Assembly (NCBI GenBank): GCA_018714485.1
Contig: DVNJ01000001.1
Location: 94,985-158,984 of the forward strand
Length of the DNA: 64,000 nt
Direction: 5' to 3'
From: Candidatus Caccalectryoclostridium excrementigallinarum
Lineage (GTDB): Bacteria > Bacillota > Clostridia > Christensenellales > UBA3700
Of the stretch, positions 51,541 to 61,833 are shown piece by piece. A program made the position numbers and the translations under genes. Numbering within the stretch: position 1 is the stretch's first letter; each line of letters opens with the position of its first letter. A model generated the notes under the pieces. The model saw nothing but the letters and a program-made list of their open reading frames with translations, had not been told where the DNA came from and did no database searches.

Positions 51541-52823
51541 AAAACCTCCCTTATCGCCGCCAAGCCTTGCTCGGCGCTGCCGTTGTTGTCAATGATAAAG
51601 TGCGCGCAGTTTTCGTAAAGGCTCTTGCGCTCGCGGTAGATGGCGTAAAGCCTGTCCGCGCCCGCCGCGAGAAGGGGTCTGTTGCTCCTGTCCACGTCCT
51701 TTATTATATTCTCCACGCGCCTGTCCACATAGACGACTATGCCGCTCGAACGCATGGCGTCACAGTTGACCGCGCGCGTCACCGCGCCGCCGCCCGCCGC
51801 GACCACGAGCCCTTTTCTGCCCGAGAGTTCGAGCATGGCGCGCGTTTCTCTTTCGCGGAAAAAGTCCTCCCCGCGTTCAAACATTTGCGGAATGCTCATT
51901 CCCGCCGACTTTTCGATATATTCGTCCGCGTCCACGAACTCTCTGCCCAGCTCGCGCGCGAGCATTTTTCCGAGTGTGCTCTTGCCGCAGGACATCATGC
52001 CGATAAGATAGATATTCCCGCCGTTTCGCTCGAAATAATCGCGCAAAAGCAAGTTGTAGATGGGATCGATGTCCTTTGTCTGGATCTCCTCTTCGCGCCA
52101 GATGCTCTGAGAACCTATACCCTGCGCAACGAGCATATAAAGCCCGCTGAACGCGCGTATGCCTGCGGCGAGGGCGCGCCTTACGAAGGTCGTCATCACG
52201 GGGTTATAGACCACGTCCGCCGCCGCTTCGAAGCGGGAAAAGACCTTTTCCGACGCCGCGCAGCCCTCTTCGTGCGGGAACATGCCCAAGGGCGTCGTGT
52301 TGACCAGAAGATAGCCGCCCGCGCCCTCTTCGAGCTGCCCGTAGCTCATATATTCGTGACCTTTGAGCAGTTCGTCTTCCTCACGGCGCACATAAACCAC
52401 CTCTGCGCCCGCCTTTTCGAGGGCGTAGATGACCGATTTCGCCGCGCCGCCGCTGCCCAAAACGACCGCTCTTTTCCCCTTCACGTCAATGCCGTTTTTG
52501 ATAAGCATTGCCGAAAAGCCGTAAGGGTCGGTGTTGTAGCCGATAAGCCTGCCGTTCACGTTCTTTATCGTGTTGACCGCGCCGATGAGCCGCGCTTCTT
52601 CGCTTATCTCGTCCAAAAGCGGCATGACCGTCTGCTTATAAGGCACGGTGACGTTGACGCCGTCGTATTCGAGCAGCTGCGCCCGCGCCTTCACTATCTC
52701 GTCGCGGGAAAACTCGCGCACGCCGTATTCGCCCTTTTCGCCGACGCTTTGAAAGAACATCTCGTGTATCTGCGGCGACATCGTATGCGGCAGTTTTTCT
52801 CCTATCACGCAAAACTTATTCAT
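51537..52823 (-). CDS. aroE: Shikimate dehydrogenase-shikimate kinase fusion (AroE-AroK)
   Basis: N-terminal SPQIH, NVTVPYK, GAVNT, NTD and GSGGAA; C-terminal GMMSCGKST, GEDFFRERE and GGGAV. Confidence 0.92.
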   Translation of the reverse strand: MNKFCVIGEKLPHTMSPQIHEMFFQSVGEKGEYGVREFSRDEIVKARAQLLEYDGVNVTVPYKQTVMPLLDEISEEARLIGAVNTIKNVNGRLIGYNTDPYGFSAMLIKNGIDVKGKRAVVLGSGGAAKSVIYALEKAGAEVVYVRREEDELLKGHEYMSYGQLEEGAGGYLLVNTTPLGMFPHEEGCAASEKVFSRFEAAADVVYNPVMTTFVRRALAAGIRAFSGLYMLVAQGIGSQSIWREEEIQTKDIDPIYNLLLRDYFERNGGNIYLIGMMSCGKSTLGKMLARELGREFVDADEYIEKSAGMSIPQMFERGEDFFRERETRAMLELSGRKGLVVAAGGGAVTRAVNCDAMRSSGIVVYVDRRVENIIKDVDRSNRPLLAAGADRLYAIYRERKSLYENCAHFIIDNNGSAEQGLAAIREVL

Positions 52824-53943
52824 CTATCTCGCTCCTGTCGTATTCTCCGAGCATCTTGTAATATCCGCACTCGGCGCGCACCTGCGCCAAGGCGCGTTCT
52901 GCCTCCTCGGCGTTGCCGGATATATCCACATAAAAGATATATTCTCCCGGCTTGTTCTTTTGCGGACGCGACTCCATCTTGGTCAGATTTATGCCGTTAT
53001 AGGCAAAATGCCTGAGCACGCCGTAAAGCGCGCCCGGCGTGTTTCCCAAAGTGAACATGACGGATATTTTATCCCCGTGCCCGCTCTTCATCTTGGGGGC
53101 GATGACGATAAAGCGCGTGTAATTGTCGTTTTGCGAATTTATGTCGCTCGCCAAGATCTTCAAGCCGTAAAGCTTCGCCGCGGCGCGGGAACAGATCGCG
53201 GCTTTGCTCTTCTCGCCGCACCTTGCCACATACGCCGCCGCTTTCGCCGTGTTCCCGAAGGGGATCGCGCTCACCTCGGGACGGTCGGAAAAATATTCCG
53301 TGCATTGACTTATCCCCTGGGGATGAGAATAAACTTCCCTCACGTCCGCCTCGCTCGCGCCGTCCACTCCCGCTAAATGCTGACGAATGCGCTCCCAATG
53401 CTCGGCGACGATGAAAAAGTCGTATTCGCCCAAGAGGTCGTAGACGTCGCTGATCGAACCCGTGGAAGAATTTTCTATCGGCACCACGCCGCAGTCTATC
53501 TCGCCATTTTTGAGCTTTTCGAAGACCTCGCGGAAAGTCGGGCAGGAGATCCTCGCGCTCGCCTCGGGGAAGAATTTTTCGCTCGCCACATGCGAATGCG
53601 AGCCGTTGTCGCCGAAAAAGCCCACCCGCGCCTTTGCGCTTATCTCTGCGCGCGGATAAACGGCTTTTTCGACAAGGAGCAGCTTTTTCTGATAGTCCTT
53701 GTTCACGTCCATGACCGCGCCCATGAGCTGCCTGATCTCGGAAGAAAAGCGCTTGTCTTTAAGCGCCTCTTCCGCCCGCGCCAGCACCTGCTTTTCCCTT
53801 TCGGGTCGAAAGACGCTCTTGTCTCCCGAGGCGGCTTTGGCGCGCGCGACCTCTTCGCCCGCGCGCAGGCGCTCTTCAAAGAGCGGCACGAGCTTGTCGT
53901 CTATCTTGTCTATTTTCTCTCTTGCCTTTTTCAGATCGTCCAT
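52816..53943 (-). CDS. pheA: Chorismate mutase-prephenate dehydratase (P-protein)
   Basis: N-terminal AroQ-type mutase (REKIDKID), VPIENSSTG, SHPQGISQC, NYTRF and ACT domain (INLTKMESRP). Confidence 0.93.
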   Translation of the reverse strand: MDDLKKAREKIDKIDDKLVPLFEERLRAGEEVARAKAASGDKSVFRPEREKQVLARAEEALKDKRFSSEIRQLMGAVMDVNKDYQKKLLLVEKAVYPRAEISAKARVGFFGDNGSHSHVASEKFFPEASARISCPTFREVFEKLKNGEIDCGVVPIENSSTGSISDVYDLLGEYDFFIVAEHWERIRQHLAGVDGASEADVREVYSHPQGISQCTEYFSDRPEVSAIPFGNTAKAAAYVARCGEKSKAAICSRAAAKLYGLKILASDINSQNDNYTRFIVIAPKMKSGHGDKISVMFTLGNTPGALYGVLRHFAYNGINLTKMESRPQKNKPGEYIFYVDISGNAEEAERALAQVRAECGYYKMLGEYDRSEIDE

Positions 53944-53944
53944 A

Positions 53945-55006
53945 TCACATCAATATATCGCTCAGCGCGATCGCCGCCGCCGCTTCGATGACGACCGCCG
54001 CCCGTACGGCGATGCAGGGATCGTGCCTGCCCTTCACTTGCAGTTTCGCCTCTTTCATCTCCCTAACGTCCACGGTGTCCTGTTCGAGGAAGATGGAGGA
54101 CGTGGGCTTGATCGCCGCGTCGAAGAGAATGGGCATGCCCGTGGCGATCCCGCCCAAGATGCCGCCGTTGTTGTTTGTGGAGGTGACGACCTTTCCCTCG
54201 CTCATGCGGAAAGGATCGTTCGCCTCGCTCCCGCGCATGCGCGCCAAGGCATAGCCCTTGCCGAACTGCACGCCCTTGACGGCGGGAACGGAAAAGAGCA
54301 TATGCGCTATCTTTGATTCCACGCTGTCGAAAAAGGGATCTCCCGCGCCCGCGGGCACGCCCGTCACCGCGCATTCGATGACGCCGCCCACGCTGTCGCC
54401 GCGCTCCGCCGCCGCGAGCACTTTCGCGCGCATGCGCTCCCATGCCTTTTCCGAAAGCGTCCCGCAGGGCAATATCTGCTCTATCTGCGGGCAGACGGGA
54501 TCGAAGCGTTCGTCCTCTTCGCCCGCTATCTCGGCGATATGCGCGCCTATCTTTATCCCTTTTTCTTCGAGCAGCTGCATCGCCAGTGCGCCCGCAAACA
54601 CGAGCGGCGCGGTGAGCCTGCCCGAGGAATGCCCGCCGCCGCGATAATCGTTAAAGCCCTTTTCCTTGACGAAATATCCCCAATCGCTGTGCCCGGGGCG
54701 CATGAGAAAACGCATACGTTCGTAATCGGGCGAATGAGTGTCCTTGTTGCGAATGACGGCGCAAAGGGGCGTACCCGTGCAGGCGCCGTCGAAATATCCC
54801 GAGACTATCTCGTATTCGTCCCCTTCCCTGCGCGCCGTGGCGAGTTTTTCCCTGCCCTTAGCGCTACGGCGCGCCATCATGGCGTCCACTTTCGTAAGAT
54901 CGGGCTTGAATCCCGCGGGAAGTCCGTCGATCACGACGCCTATCGCGGCGCCGTGCGATTCTCCGAACAGGGTGACTTTGAATTTTTCTCCCCAAGTTGC
55001 GCCCAT
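53945..55006 (-). CDS. aroC: Chorismate synthase
   Basis: GESHG, RPGHSD, RGGGHSSGR, NNNGGILGG, KPTSSI and GRHDPC. Confidence 0.96.
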   Translation of the reverse strand: MGATWGEKFKVTLFGESHGAAIGVVIDGLPAGFKPDLTKVDAMMARRSAKGREKLATARREGDEYEIVSGYFDGACTGTPLCAVIRNKDTHSPDYERMRFLMRPGHSDWGYFVKEKGFNDYRGGGHSSGRLTAPLVFAGALAMQLLEEKGIKIGAHIAEIAGEEDERFDPVCPQIEQILPCGTLSEKAWERMRAKVLAAAERGDSVGGVIECAVTGVPAGAGDPFFDSVESKIAHMLFSVPAVKGVQFGKGYALARMRGSEANDPFRMSEGKVVTSTNNNGGILGGIATGMPILFDAAIKPTSSIFLEQDTVDVREMKEAKLQVKGRHDPCIAVRAAVVIEAAAAIALSDILM

Positions 55007-55007
55007 T

Positions 55008-56273
55008 TCAGTCCTCCGTTATCTCGAATTTTCCGCCCAGCTTTTTCAAGTCTTCGAAAAATGCGGGGTAAGATTTGTCTATGCTCTCGTAGCCGCATAT
55101 GGTCACGGGCAGCGCGCAGACCGTCGCCGCCACGGCAAAAGCCATGACCATGCGGTGGTCGTGATAATTCTTAATCTCGACGCCGCCCTCAAGCTTGTCC
55201 ACGCCGTCGAAAAACATATCCTCGCCGCCCTCTTTCACCTTTGCGCCCAGCGCTTTCAGCCCTTCCGCGGTCGCGGCGAGCCTATCGCATTCCTTGATAC
55301 GCAGCCTGCCGGCGTTGATGATATGCGTGCCGCCCTTTCTCAGTGCGCAAGCCACGCTCAGCACGGGGACGATGTCGGGGACGTTTTTGACGTCCAAGGT
55401 CAAGAGCCTCTCGGGCGAGACCGCGCGCAGCATGCCGAGCATATCCGCGATCACTCTGTCGCCCTGAACGGAAAGAGGCGTCACGCCCGCGACCTCCACC
55501 TCGTGACCGAGATGACGCGCGACGAGGAAAAACGCCGCCTGGGACCAATCGCCCTCGACCACATAGGGCGCGCTGCGGTAAGCGCGCGCGGAAAAAGTCT
55601 GCCCGCCGAAGACGGTGAATTTGCGCTCCAAGGGATCGTAACTCGCCGTAACGCCGTATTTTTCCATCACGTCCATGGTGATGCGCACATAATCTTTTGA
55701 TTCGAGCGGCTTGCTCAGCGTGATCGTGCTGTCGTAGGCAAGGCGGGGGCAGGCGAGCAAAAGCCCGCTGATGAATTGCGAACTCACATTGCCTTCAAGC
55801 TCGAAATCGTCGGCGATGAGGTCTCCCCTGACCGTGAGATCCAAGCCGCTTTGACCGCTGTTGTTGCGGTAATATATCCCCTGCGCGTCGAAAATTTTCA
55901 GATATTCGTCGAGCGGACGCAGTCCCAACTTGCCGCCGCCCACAAAGCGCACATAGCCGTCGCACAGAGTGAGCGCCACGGGCAGCATGAAGCGCAGCGT
56001 GGATCCCGATTCGCCGCAGTCGATGACGACGTCCTCGCTCACCCTGCCGCTTATGCCGCGCACGAGAAAGGTGTCGCCGTCAAATTCGACCTTGGCGCCG
56101 AGAGCGGTCACCGCCCTGCAAGTCGCGCGTATGTCATCGCTCACCGCGCCGCATTTTATCCTGCTCTCGCCCTGCGAAAGCGCGGCGCAGATGAGCGCCC
56201 TGTGAGCAAAGCTCTTGGACGCGGGGACTTGAACAACGCCTTTAAGCGCACCGGGATATACGGTAACTTTCAT
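55008..56273 (-). CDS. aroA: EPSP synthase
   Basis: PASKSFAHR, DCGESGSTLRF, SSQFISGLL, LRIKECDR and HDHRMVM. Confidence 0.95.
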   Translation of the reverse strand: MKVTVYPGALKGVVQVPASKSFAHRALICAALSQGESRIKCGAVSDDIRATCRAVTALGAKVEFDGDTFLVRGISGRVSEDVVIDCGESGSTLRFMLPVALTLCDGYVRFVGGGKLGLRPLDEYLKIFDAQGIYYRNNSGQSGLDLTVRGDLIADDFELEGNVSSQFISGLLLACPRLAYDSTITLSKPLESKDYVRITMDVMEKYGVTASYDPLERKFTVFGGQTFSARAYRSAPYVVEGDWSQAAFFLVARHLGHEVEVAGVTPLSVQGDRVIADMLGMLRAVSPERLLTLDVKNVPDIVPVLSVACALRKGGTHIINAGRLRIKECDRLAATAEGLKALGAKVKEGGEDMFFDGVDKLEGGVEIKNYHDHRMVMAFAVAATVCALPVTICGYESIDKSYPAFFEDLKKLGGKFEITED

Positions 56274-56274
56274 C

Positions 56275-57321
56275 TCAGCTCCTGAAATATTCGGGCGACG
56301 CGGGATAGACAAAGGCGCTGCCGATGTCTTTGAGCAGCACGATGTCAAGCCCCTTGCCCGAGCTTTTTTTGTCGTTGCGCATGGCGGCGACTATCGCGTC
56401 GCGGTCCGCCTTGATGTCCGTGTTCAGACCGAAAGCGCGGCAAACTCTTTCTATGCGCTCGGCGCAGCCCGCCTGCGTCTGTCCGCGCCTTTGCGAGATG
56501 AGCGTGACTTCGCGCATTCCCGCCGCGACAGCCAAGCCGTGAGAGATCTCGAAGTTGTTGAGTTTTTCCAGCGCATGTCCGTAAGTATGCCCGAAGTTGA
56601 GCAGCTTGCGCTCGCCGCTCTCCTTCTCGTCTTTTTCCACTATCTCGCGCTTTATGTCCACGCAGGAGAAAATTATCTCCTCTATGTGTTCGAAAAGCTT
56701 TTCTTTGCTGCCGTTAATGCCCTCGAGACGCTCAAAAAGCTCTCTGTCTTTTATGCAGCCGTATTTGATCACTTCGCCCATGCCGTCAGCGATGAAGGCA
56801 TCGGGAAGAGTTTTGAGCGTGTCGGGGTCGATGAGCACGCAGGCGGGCTGATGAAACGCGCCGACGAGGTTCTTGCCCTCGGGCAGATCCACGCCCACTT
56901 TTCCGCCCACGGAGCTGTCCACCTGCGCGAGGAGCGACGTGGGCATCTGCACGAAACTCACGCCGCGCATATAAGAGGCGGCAAAAAATCCGCCCAAATC
57001 GCCGATGACTCCTCCGCCCAGCGTGACGACCGTGTCCGCGCGGGTCAGACCGAAGGAGAGCGCGAGCGAATAGAGCGCGGGAAGCGAGGAAAAAGACTTT
57101 GTCTTTTCGCCCGCGGGCAACGTCACCGACCTGACTTCAAGACCCGCGCCTTGGAGCGATCTCACGACCGCGCCCAAGTAAAGAGGCGCGACGTTGGAAT
57201 CGGTGACGACAAAGACTTTTCCGCCCCTCGAGCGCACGAACTCTCCCGCCCGGGCGACAAGCCCGCGCTCGAAAAGGATATCGTAACTTCTCTCTCCCAG
57301 CTCGACGCGCAGTTTTTTCAT
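56275..57321 (-). CDS. aroB: 3-dehydroquinate synthase
   Basis: GGGVIGDLGGF, AQVDSSVGGK, KNLVGAF and LLNFGHTYGHALE. Confidence 0.96.
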   Translation of the reverse strand: MKKLRVELGERSYDILFERGLVARAGEFVRSRGGKVFVVTDSNVAPLYLGAVVRSLQGAGLEVRSVTLPAGEKTKSFSSLPALYSLALSFGLTRADTVVTLGGGVIGDLGGFFAASYMRGVSFVQMPTSLLAQVDSSVGGKVGVDLPEGKNLVGAFHQPACVLIDPDTLKTLPDAFIADGMGEVIKYGCIKDRELFERLEGINGSKEKLFEHIEEIIFSCVDIKREIVEKDEKESGERKLLNFGHTYGHALEKLNNFEISHGLAVAAGMREVTLISQRRGQTQAGCAERIERVCRAFGLNTDIKADRDAIVAAMRNDKKSSGKGLDIVLLKDIGSAFVYPASPEYFRS

Positions 57322-58334
57322 TTGACTTCCCTGCCCACAACGGGCGCTATCGTGCGCAGATCTTTGACCACTTCGTCGAACTGTTCGGGACGAATGGACT
57401 GGCTGCCGTCGCAGAGCGCATGTTCGGGGTCGTTATGCACCTCGATGATGAGTCCGTCCGCACCCACGGCGATCGCCGCGCGCGCCAAGGCGGGCACCAT
57501 CCACGCCTTACCCGTCGCATGCGAAGGGTCGACGATGACGGGAAGATGAGAAAGCTGCTTGACCGCCACGATCGCGCTCAGATCGAGCGTGTTGCGCGTA
57601 TACGTCTCAAAGGTGCGTATGCCGCGCTCGCACAAGATGACGTCGGAATTGCCGCCCGAGAGGATATATTCCGCAGACATGAGCCATTCTTCGATCGTCG
57701 CGGACAGTCCGCGCTTGAGCAGCACGGGCTTGTTTATCTTCCCCAGCTCTTTGAGCAGTTCGAAGTTCTGCATGTTGCGCGCGCCTATCTGGATGACGTC
57801 CACGTCGCGCACGAAACGATCGATGTCGTAAGGGGACATAAGCTCGGTGACGATGGGAAGTCCCGTCGCCGCCTTCGCCTCTTTCAAAAGTTCCAAGCCC
57901 TCGTATTTTAACCCCTGGAAAGAATAGGGCGAGGTGCGCGGCTTGAACGCGCCGCCGCGCAGCATGGTCGCGCCGCTTTTTTTCACCGCTTCGGCGATCC
58001 CGACTATCTGCTTTTCGCTCTCGACCGAGCAAGGTCCGGCGATGAGCGCTATGCTCTTTCCGCCCACTTGCGTGCCGCCCACGTTGACTATCGTGGGATC
58101 GGGATGAAATTTACGGTTCGCCTTCTTGAAAGGCTCGGAAACGCGCATCACGCGCTCCACGTTCTCGTTGGCTTCGAGTATCTTCATGTCGACGTTGGAA
58201 GTGTCGCCGACGATACCCAAAATGGTGGCTTCGCTTCCCACCACCTTATTTACCTGTACGCCCATGGACGAGATGGACTTTGAAAGTTCCTCGATCGCTT
58301 TTGCGGGCGTATTTTGCTTGAATACGACTATCAT
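57318..58334 (-). CDS. aroF: DAHP synthase type I-beta with an N-terminal ACT domain
   Basis: IAGPCSVES, GGAFKPRTSPYSFQG, QIGARNMQNF, DPSH and ALCDG. Confidence 0.95.
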   Translation of the reverse strand: MIVVFKQNTPAKAIEELSKSISSMGVQVNKVVGSEATILGIVGDTSNVDMKILEANENVERVMRVSEPFKKANRKFHPDPTIVNVGGTQVGGKSIALIAGPCSVESEKQIVGIAEAVKKSGATMLRGGAFKPRTSPYSFQGLKYEGLELLKEAKAATGLPIVTELMSPYDIDRFVRDVDVIQIGARNMQNFELLKELGKINKPVLLKRGLSATIEEWLMSAEYILSGGNSDVILCERGIRTFETYTRNTLDLSAIVAVKQLSHLPVIVDPSHATGKAWMVPALARAAIAVGADGLIIEVHNDPEHALCDGSQSIRPEQFDEVVKDLRTIAPVVGREVK

Positions 58335-58462
58335 TTTTCTACCTCGTAAAAATATATAGTGATAATAGGATACAACAATTTTGCGACATTTTCAAGCGCT
58401 TATGTATATTTGCGCACAAAAATTTATATAAAAAGCGCACGGGCGCGGGAGGAGCGAGAAGT

Positions 58463-59863
58463 TCAGAGAAGTTCGGCGTTATAAAGAGCGGGCTTCAAAA
58501 AGGGATTTTGAGGCATCTTGTTTATCCTGAAAACAAAGGTGAGGACGGTGAAGACGCAAGCCGCGCTTCCCGCCAGCAGCCACGACGCGGGGACCGCCCA
58601 ATATATCCCCTCTATTCCGTAAAAATGCTCGAAAAGATAAGAAAACGCGACTCTGCCCAATATGGACGAAACGGTCGTCATGAAGAAGAATTTCATCTTC
58701 GCCACGCCCTTGAAGAGCGATTGACAGAGCAAAATAATGCCCATGAAAACATAGCCGTAGACCATGACTTGCAGAAAGCGTGCGCCCACTTCGACGACCT
58801 TTTCGCCCTCCCCTTCGCCCACGAAAGCCTGCGAGAGCGGCACGCAAAGCAGCGTCCCGAGAGCGATGGCGACCGCCGCGTTCAAAAGGCAGAGCCAAAG
58901 GCTGTCTTTGAAGCCGGAAACAATGCGCATGCGCTTGTTTGCGCCCCAATTTTGCGCATAATAGTTGGTCAGGGCGTTGGTGTAACCGCGGAAGGGAGTT
59001 TGCATGAGCGCGTCGAGGCGCGTGGCGTTGTTCACGCCCGCCATGACGTCGGTGTCGTAAGTGTTGACCAGCCCCTGAACGGCTATCCTGCCCGCGTAGA
59101 CGACCACTTGCTGCAAGCCCACGGTAAGCCCGTAGCCCATGCAGGTTGAGAAGAGTTTTTTGTCGAAAACCCATTCTTTACGGCACAAATGCAGCACTTC
59201 CACCCTCTTTCTCACATAGATAGCGCAGAGAATAACGGTGAGCGCCTGCGCCGCGATCGTGGCGATCGCCGCGCCCTCGATGCCCAAGGGCGTATGCACG
59301 ACGAGGACGACGTCGAGCACGGCGTTGAGGATCACCCCGCCGCCCAAAAACACGAGCGGAGCGGCGGAGTTGCCCACCGCGCGCATGGAAAACATATAGT
59401 AATTATACAAAAAAGTGAAAACGCCACCCGCGAAAATTATCTTCAAATAAGAATCCGCGGGAGGGATCGCCTCGGCGGGCGTTCCCAGCCAAATGAGGAA
59501 ATATTCGCTCAGTCCCACGCAGAGCGCGCTGAGCACCACGGTGAAGACGCAGCCCGCGATCATGCCCGTGGAGAGGACGCGCTTTAAGGTTTTTATGTCC
59601 CCCTTGCCGAAATATTGCGACAAGATGACTCCCGTGCCCATCGCCAAGCCCATCAGGAAATTTATAACTATGGACATTATGGGAGTGGCGACGCCCACGC
59701 CCGCGAGCGCGACGCTGCCCAAGTTCTGACCGATGATTATGCTGTCGACGGCGTTATAGAGCTGTTGCAGAAAGTCGGAGAGCATAAAAGGCAGGGCAAA
59801 CCTTGCTATCGTCGCAAAATGTCTGCCCTGCGTAAGATCGGTTGTCGAATGTCTGCTGCCCGT
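58463..59863 (-). CDS. MATE family efflux transporter; the conserved N-terminus implies a non-canonical ACG start at 59863
   Basis: DLTQG...RFALPFMLSDFLQQLYNAVDSIIIG, RAVGNS, LNAVLD and GIEGAAIAT; SD AAGGAGG 6 nt before ACG; first in-frame ATG (59785) lies inside TM1. Confidence 0.85.
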   Translation of the reverse strand, partial: TGSRHSTTDLTQGRHFATIARFALPFMLSDFLQQLYNAVDSIIIGQNLGSVALAGVGVATPIMSIVINFLMGLAMGTGVILSQYFGKGDIKTLKRVLSTGMIAGCVFTVVLSALCVGLSEYFLIWLGTPAEAIPPADSYLKIIFAGGVFTFLYNYYMFSMRAVGNSAAPLVFLGGGVILNAVLDVVLVVHTPLGIEGAAIATIAAQALTVILCAIYVRKRVEVLHLCRKEWVFDKKLFSTCMGYGLTVGLQQVVVYAGRIAVQGLVNTYDTDVMAGVNNATRLDALMQTPFRGYTNALTNYYAQNWGANKRMRIVSGFKDSLWLCLLNAAVAIALGTLLCVPLSQAFVGEGEGEKVVEVGARFLQVMVYGYVFMGIILLCQSLFKGVAKMKFFFMTTVSSILGRVAFSYLFEHFYGIEGIYWAVPASWLLAGSAACVFTVLTFVFRINKMPQNPFLKPALYNAELL

Positions 59864-59875
59864 AAGGCGCCTCCT

Positions 59876-61540
59876 TTATCCGAGCATATTGTTGAGCGCG
59901 CTGACAAGAGCGTTGACGGACGCCACGATGATGTCGCTGTGAACTCCCGCGCCCCAGATGAGCTTATCTTCGCCCTCTTTTTGCAGGGCGACATAAGACA
60001 CCGCGAGCGACTTTGACGTGCGCGTCAAGGCGTGCTCCTGATAAGTTTCGATATGATAATCGAAAGGCACGACGCTCTTTATCGCCTCGTTCACGGCGTT
60101 GAGCCTGCCGTTGCCGAAGCCTTCGAGGACTTTCCTTTCGCCGTTCATCTCGAGCGTCACGACCGCGTCGATATTGCCGTCGACCTGCTTATAGTGGTGC
60201 TCAACGACTTTGATGGGCGAGGTCAGATTGACGTATTCTTTCTCGAATATCTCCTTGACCTCGTCGGGCGAAAGCTCCTTATGCCTGTGGTCGGAGACTG
60301 ATTTGACCTTATAGCCCAAGTCTTCGCGCATTTTCGCGGGCAAGTTGATGCCGAAGCGCGTCTCGAGCAGATAGCCTATGCCGCCCTTGCCCGACTGGCT
60401 GTTGATACGAATGACGTCGCCGTCATACTGCCTGCCCACGTCCTTGGGATCGATGGGCAGATAAGGGACCGTCCAACGGTCTTTTTCCTTTTCCTCGTGA
60501 TATTTCATGCCCTTGGCGATCGCGTCCTGATGCGAGCCCGAGAACGCGGCGAACACGAGCGCGCCGCCGTAAGGCTGGCGGGGGTTGACCTTCATGTCGG
60601 TGAAGCGTTCGTATTCCTCGACCAGCGCGGGCATATTCGTGAAGTCCAAGCCGGGATCCACGCCCTGCGAGAACATGTTGAGCGCCAAGGTGACGATATC
60701 CACGTTACCCGTGCGTTCGCCGTTGCCGAACAGCGTACCTTCCACTCTGTCCGCGCCCGCGAGCAGGGCGAACTCCGCGTCCGCGACCGCACAGCCGCGG
60801 TCGTTATGCGGGTGCGTGGAAACGAGCACGTTTTCGCGGTATTTGAGATGCTTGCACATATATTCTATCTGCTGGGCGTAGACGTGAGGCATGCTCTCCT
60901 CCACCGTCACGGGCAGATTGATGATGACTTTTTTCTCGCTCGTGGGCTTCCAGACGTCCAAGACCGCGTTGCATATCTCCAAGGCAAATTCCGGCTCGGT
61001 GCCCGTGAAGCTCTCGGGAGAATATTCAAAGGTGAAGTTGCCCTTTGTCTCCTCCGCCTCTTTGAGCAAAAGCTCGGCGCCCTTCACGGCGATCTCGATT
61101 ATCTCCGGCTTTTCCTTGCGGAAGACCTGCTTGCGCTGGGCAACGGACGTGGAATTATAAAGATGCACGACCGCATGCTTCGCCCCTTCGAGCGCTTTGA
61201 ACGTCTTTTTGATTATATGCTCGCGCGACTGAGTAAGAACCTGAATGGTCACGTCGTCGGGAATAAGTCCGCGCTCGATGAGCGCGCGGCAGAATTCGTA
61301 TTCCGTCTCGCTCGCGGCGGGAAAGCCTATCTCGATCTCCTTGAAACCTATTTTGCAAAGCAAGGTGAAGAACTCCAATTTCTGCTCTAAGCTCATCGGA
61401 ACGACGAGCGCCTGATTGCCGTCGCGCAGATCCACGCTGCACCAAACGGGAGCATGATCGACAAAGTCTTTCTTGACCCAATCGAAGCAAGGCTCCGGCG
61501 GCAGGAAATACCTCTTTGCGTATTTGCCTACGTTCTTCAT
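59876..61540 (-). CDS. leuA: 2-isopropylmalate synthase (LeuA2/yeast-mycobacterial type)
   Basis: SVDLRDGNQAL, FEYSPESF, HPHNDRG, GNGERTGN and RINSQSGKGG; Leu T-box upstream; SD AAGGAGG. Confidence 0.95.
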   Translation of the reverse strand: MKNVGKYAKRYFLPPEPCFDWVKKDFVDHAPVWCSVDLRDGNQALVVPMSLEQKLEFFTLLCKIGFKEIEIGFPAASETEYEFCRALIERGLIPDDVTIQVLTQSREHIIKKTFKALEGAKHAVVHLYNSTSVAQRKQVFRKEKPEIIEIAVKGAELLLKEAEETKGNFTFEYSPESFTGTEPEFALEICNAVLDVWKPTSEKKVIINLPVTVEESMPHVYAQQIEYMCKHLKYRENVLVSTHPHNDRGCAVADAEFALLAGADRVEGTLFGNGERTGNVDIVTLALNMFSQGVDPGLDFTNMPALVEEYERFTDMKVNPRQPYGGALVFAAFSGSHQDAIAKGMKYHEEKEKDRWTVPYLPIDPKDVGRQYDGDVIRINSQSGKGGIGYLLETRFGINLPAKMREDLGYKVKSVSDHRHKELSPDEVKEIFEKEYVNLTSPIKVVEHHYKQVDGNIDAVVTLEMNGERKVLEGFGNGRLNAVNEAIKSVVPFDYHIETYQEHALTRTSKSLAVSYVALQKEGEDKLIWGAGVHSDIIVASVNALVSALNNMLG

Positions 61541-61587
61541 AAATCTACCTCCTTGTTTTTTACGAAAGCGCGCGCGGCGCCTGCATA

Positions 61588-61815
61588 TAAAAAAACTTTC
61601 GTCCCCCAAAGAGACGAAAGTTTACTGCCGTGGTACCACTCTTCTTCACGCTCCCCGACCATGTCGGCAAGCGCCTTTTCGGGATATAACGCTCCCACCG
61701 TCGCAAACTCATCGCCTGCACGACTCCCGGGCGAGATTCTCGCATATCTTCGTCCGCCTTTCACCTCACGGCGGCTCTCTGCACCCGAATTTGCGATACT
61801 GCTCCCGTTCACAGT
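61588..61815 (-). promoter_or_regulatory. T-box riboswitch, Leu (CUC) specifier
   Basis: Minus strand: AGTA, AGAGA, GGTGAAA loop, GAATCTC specifier (plus 61733-61735), T-box AGAGTGGTACCACG, terminator AAACTTTCGTC...GACGAAAGTTTTTTT. Confidence 0.93.
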
Positions 61816-61833
61816 CTTTTTTATATTGTCAAT

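Noticed and set aside
51537-53943. AroE-AroK and chorismate mutase-prephenate dehydratase fusions as novelties
   Set aside because: Both fusions are well known in Clostridia.
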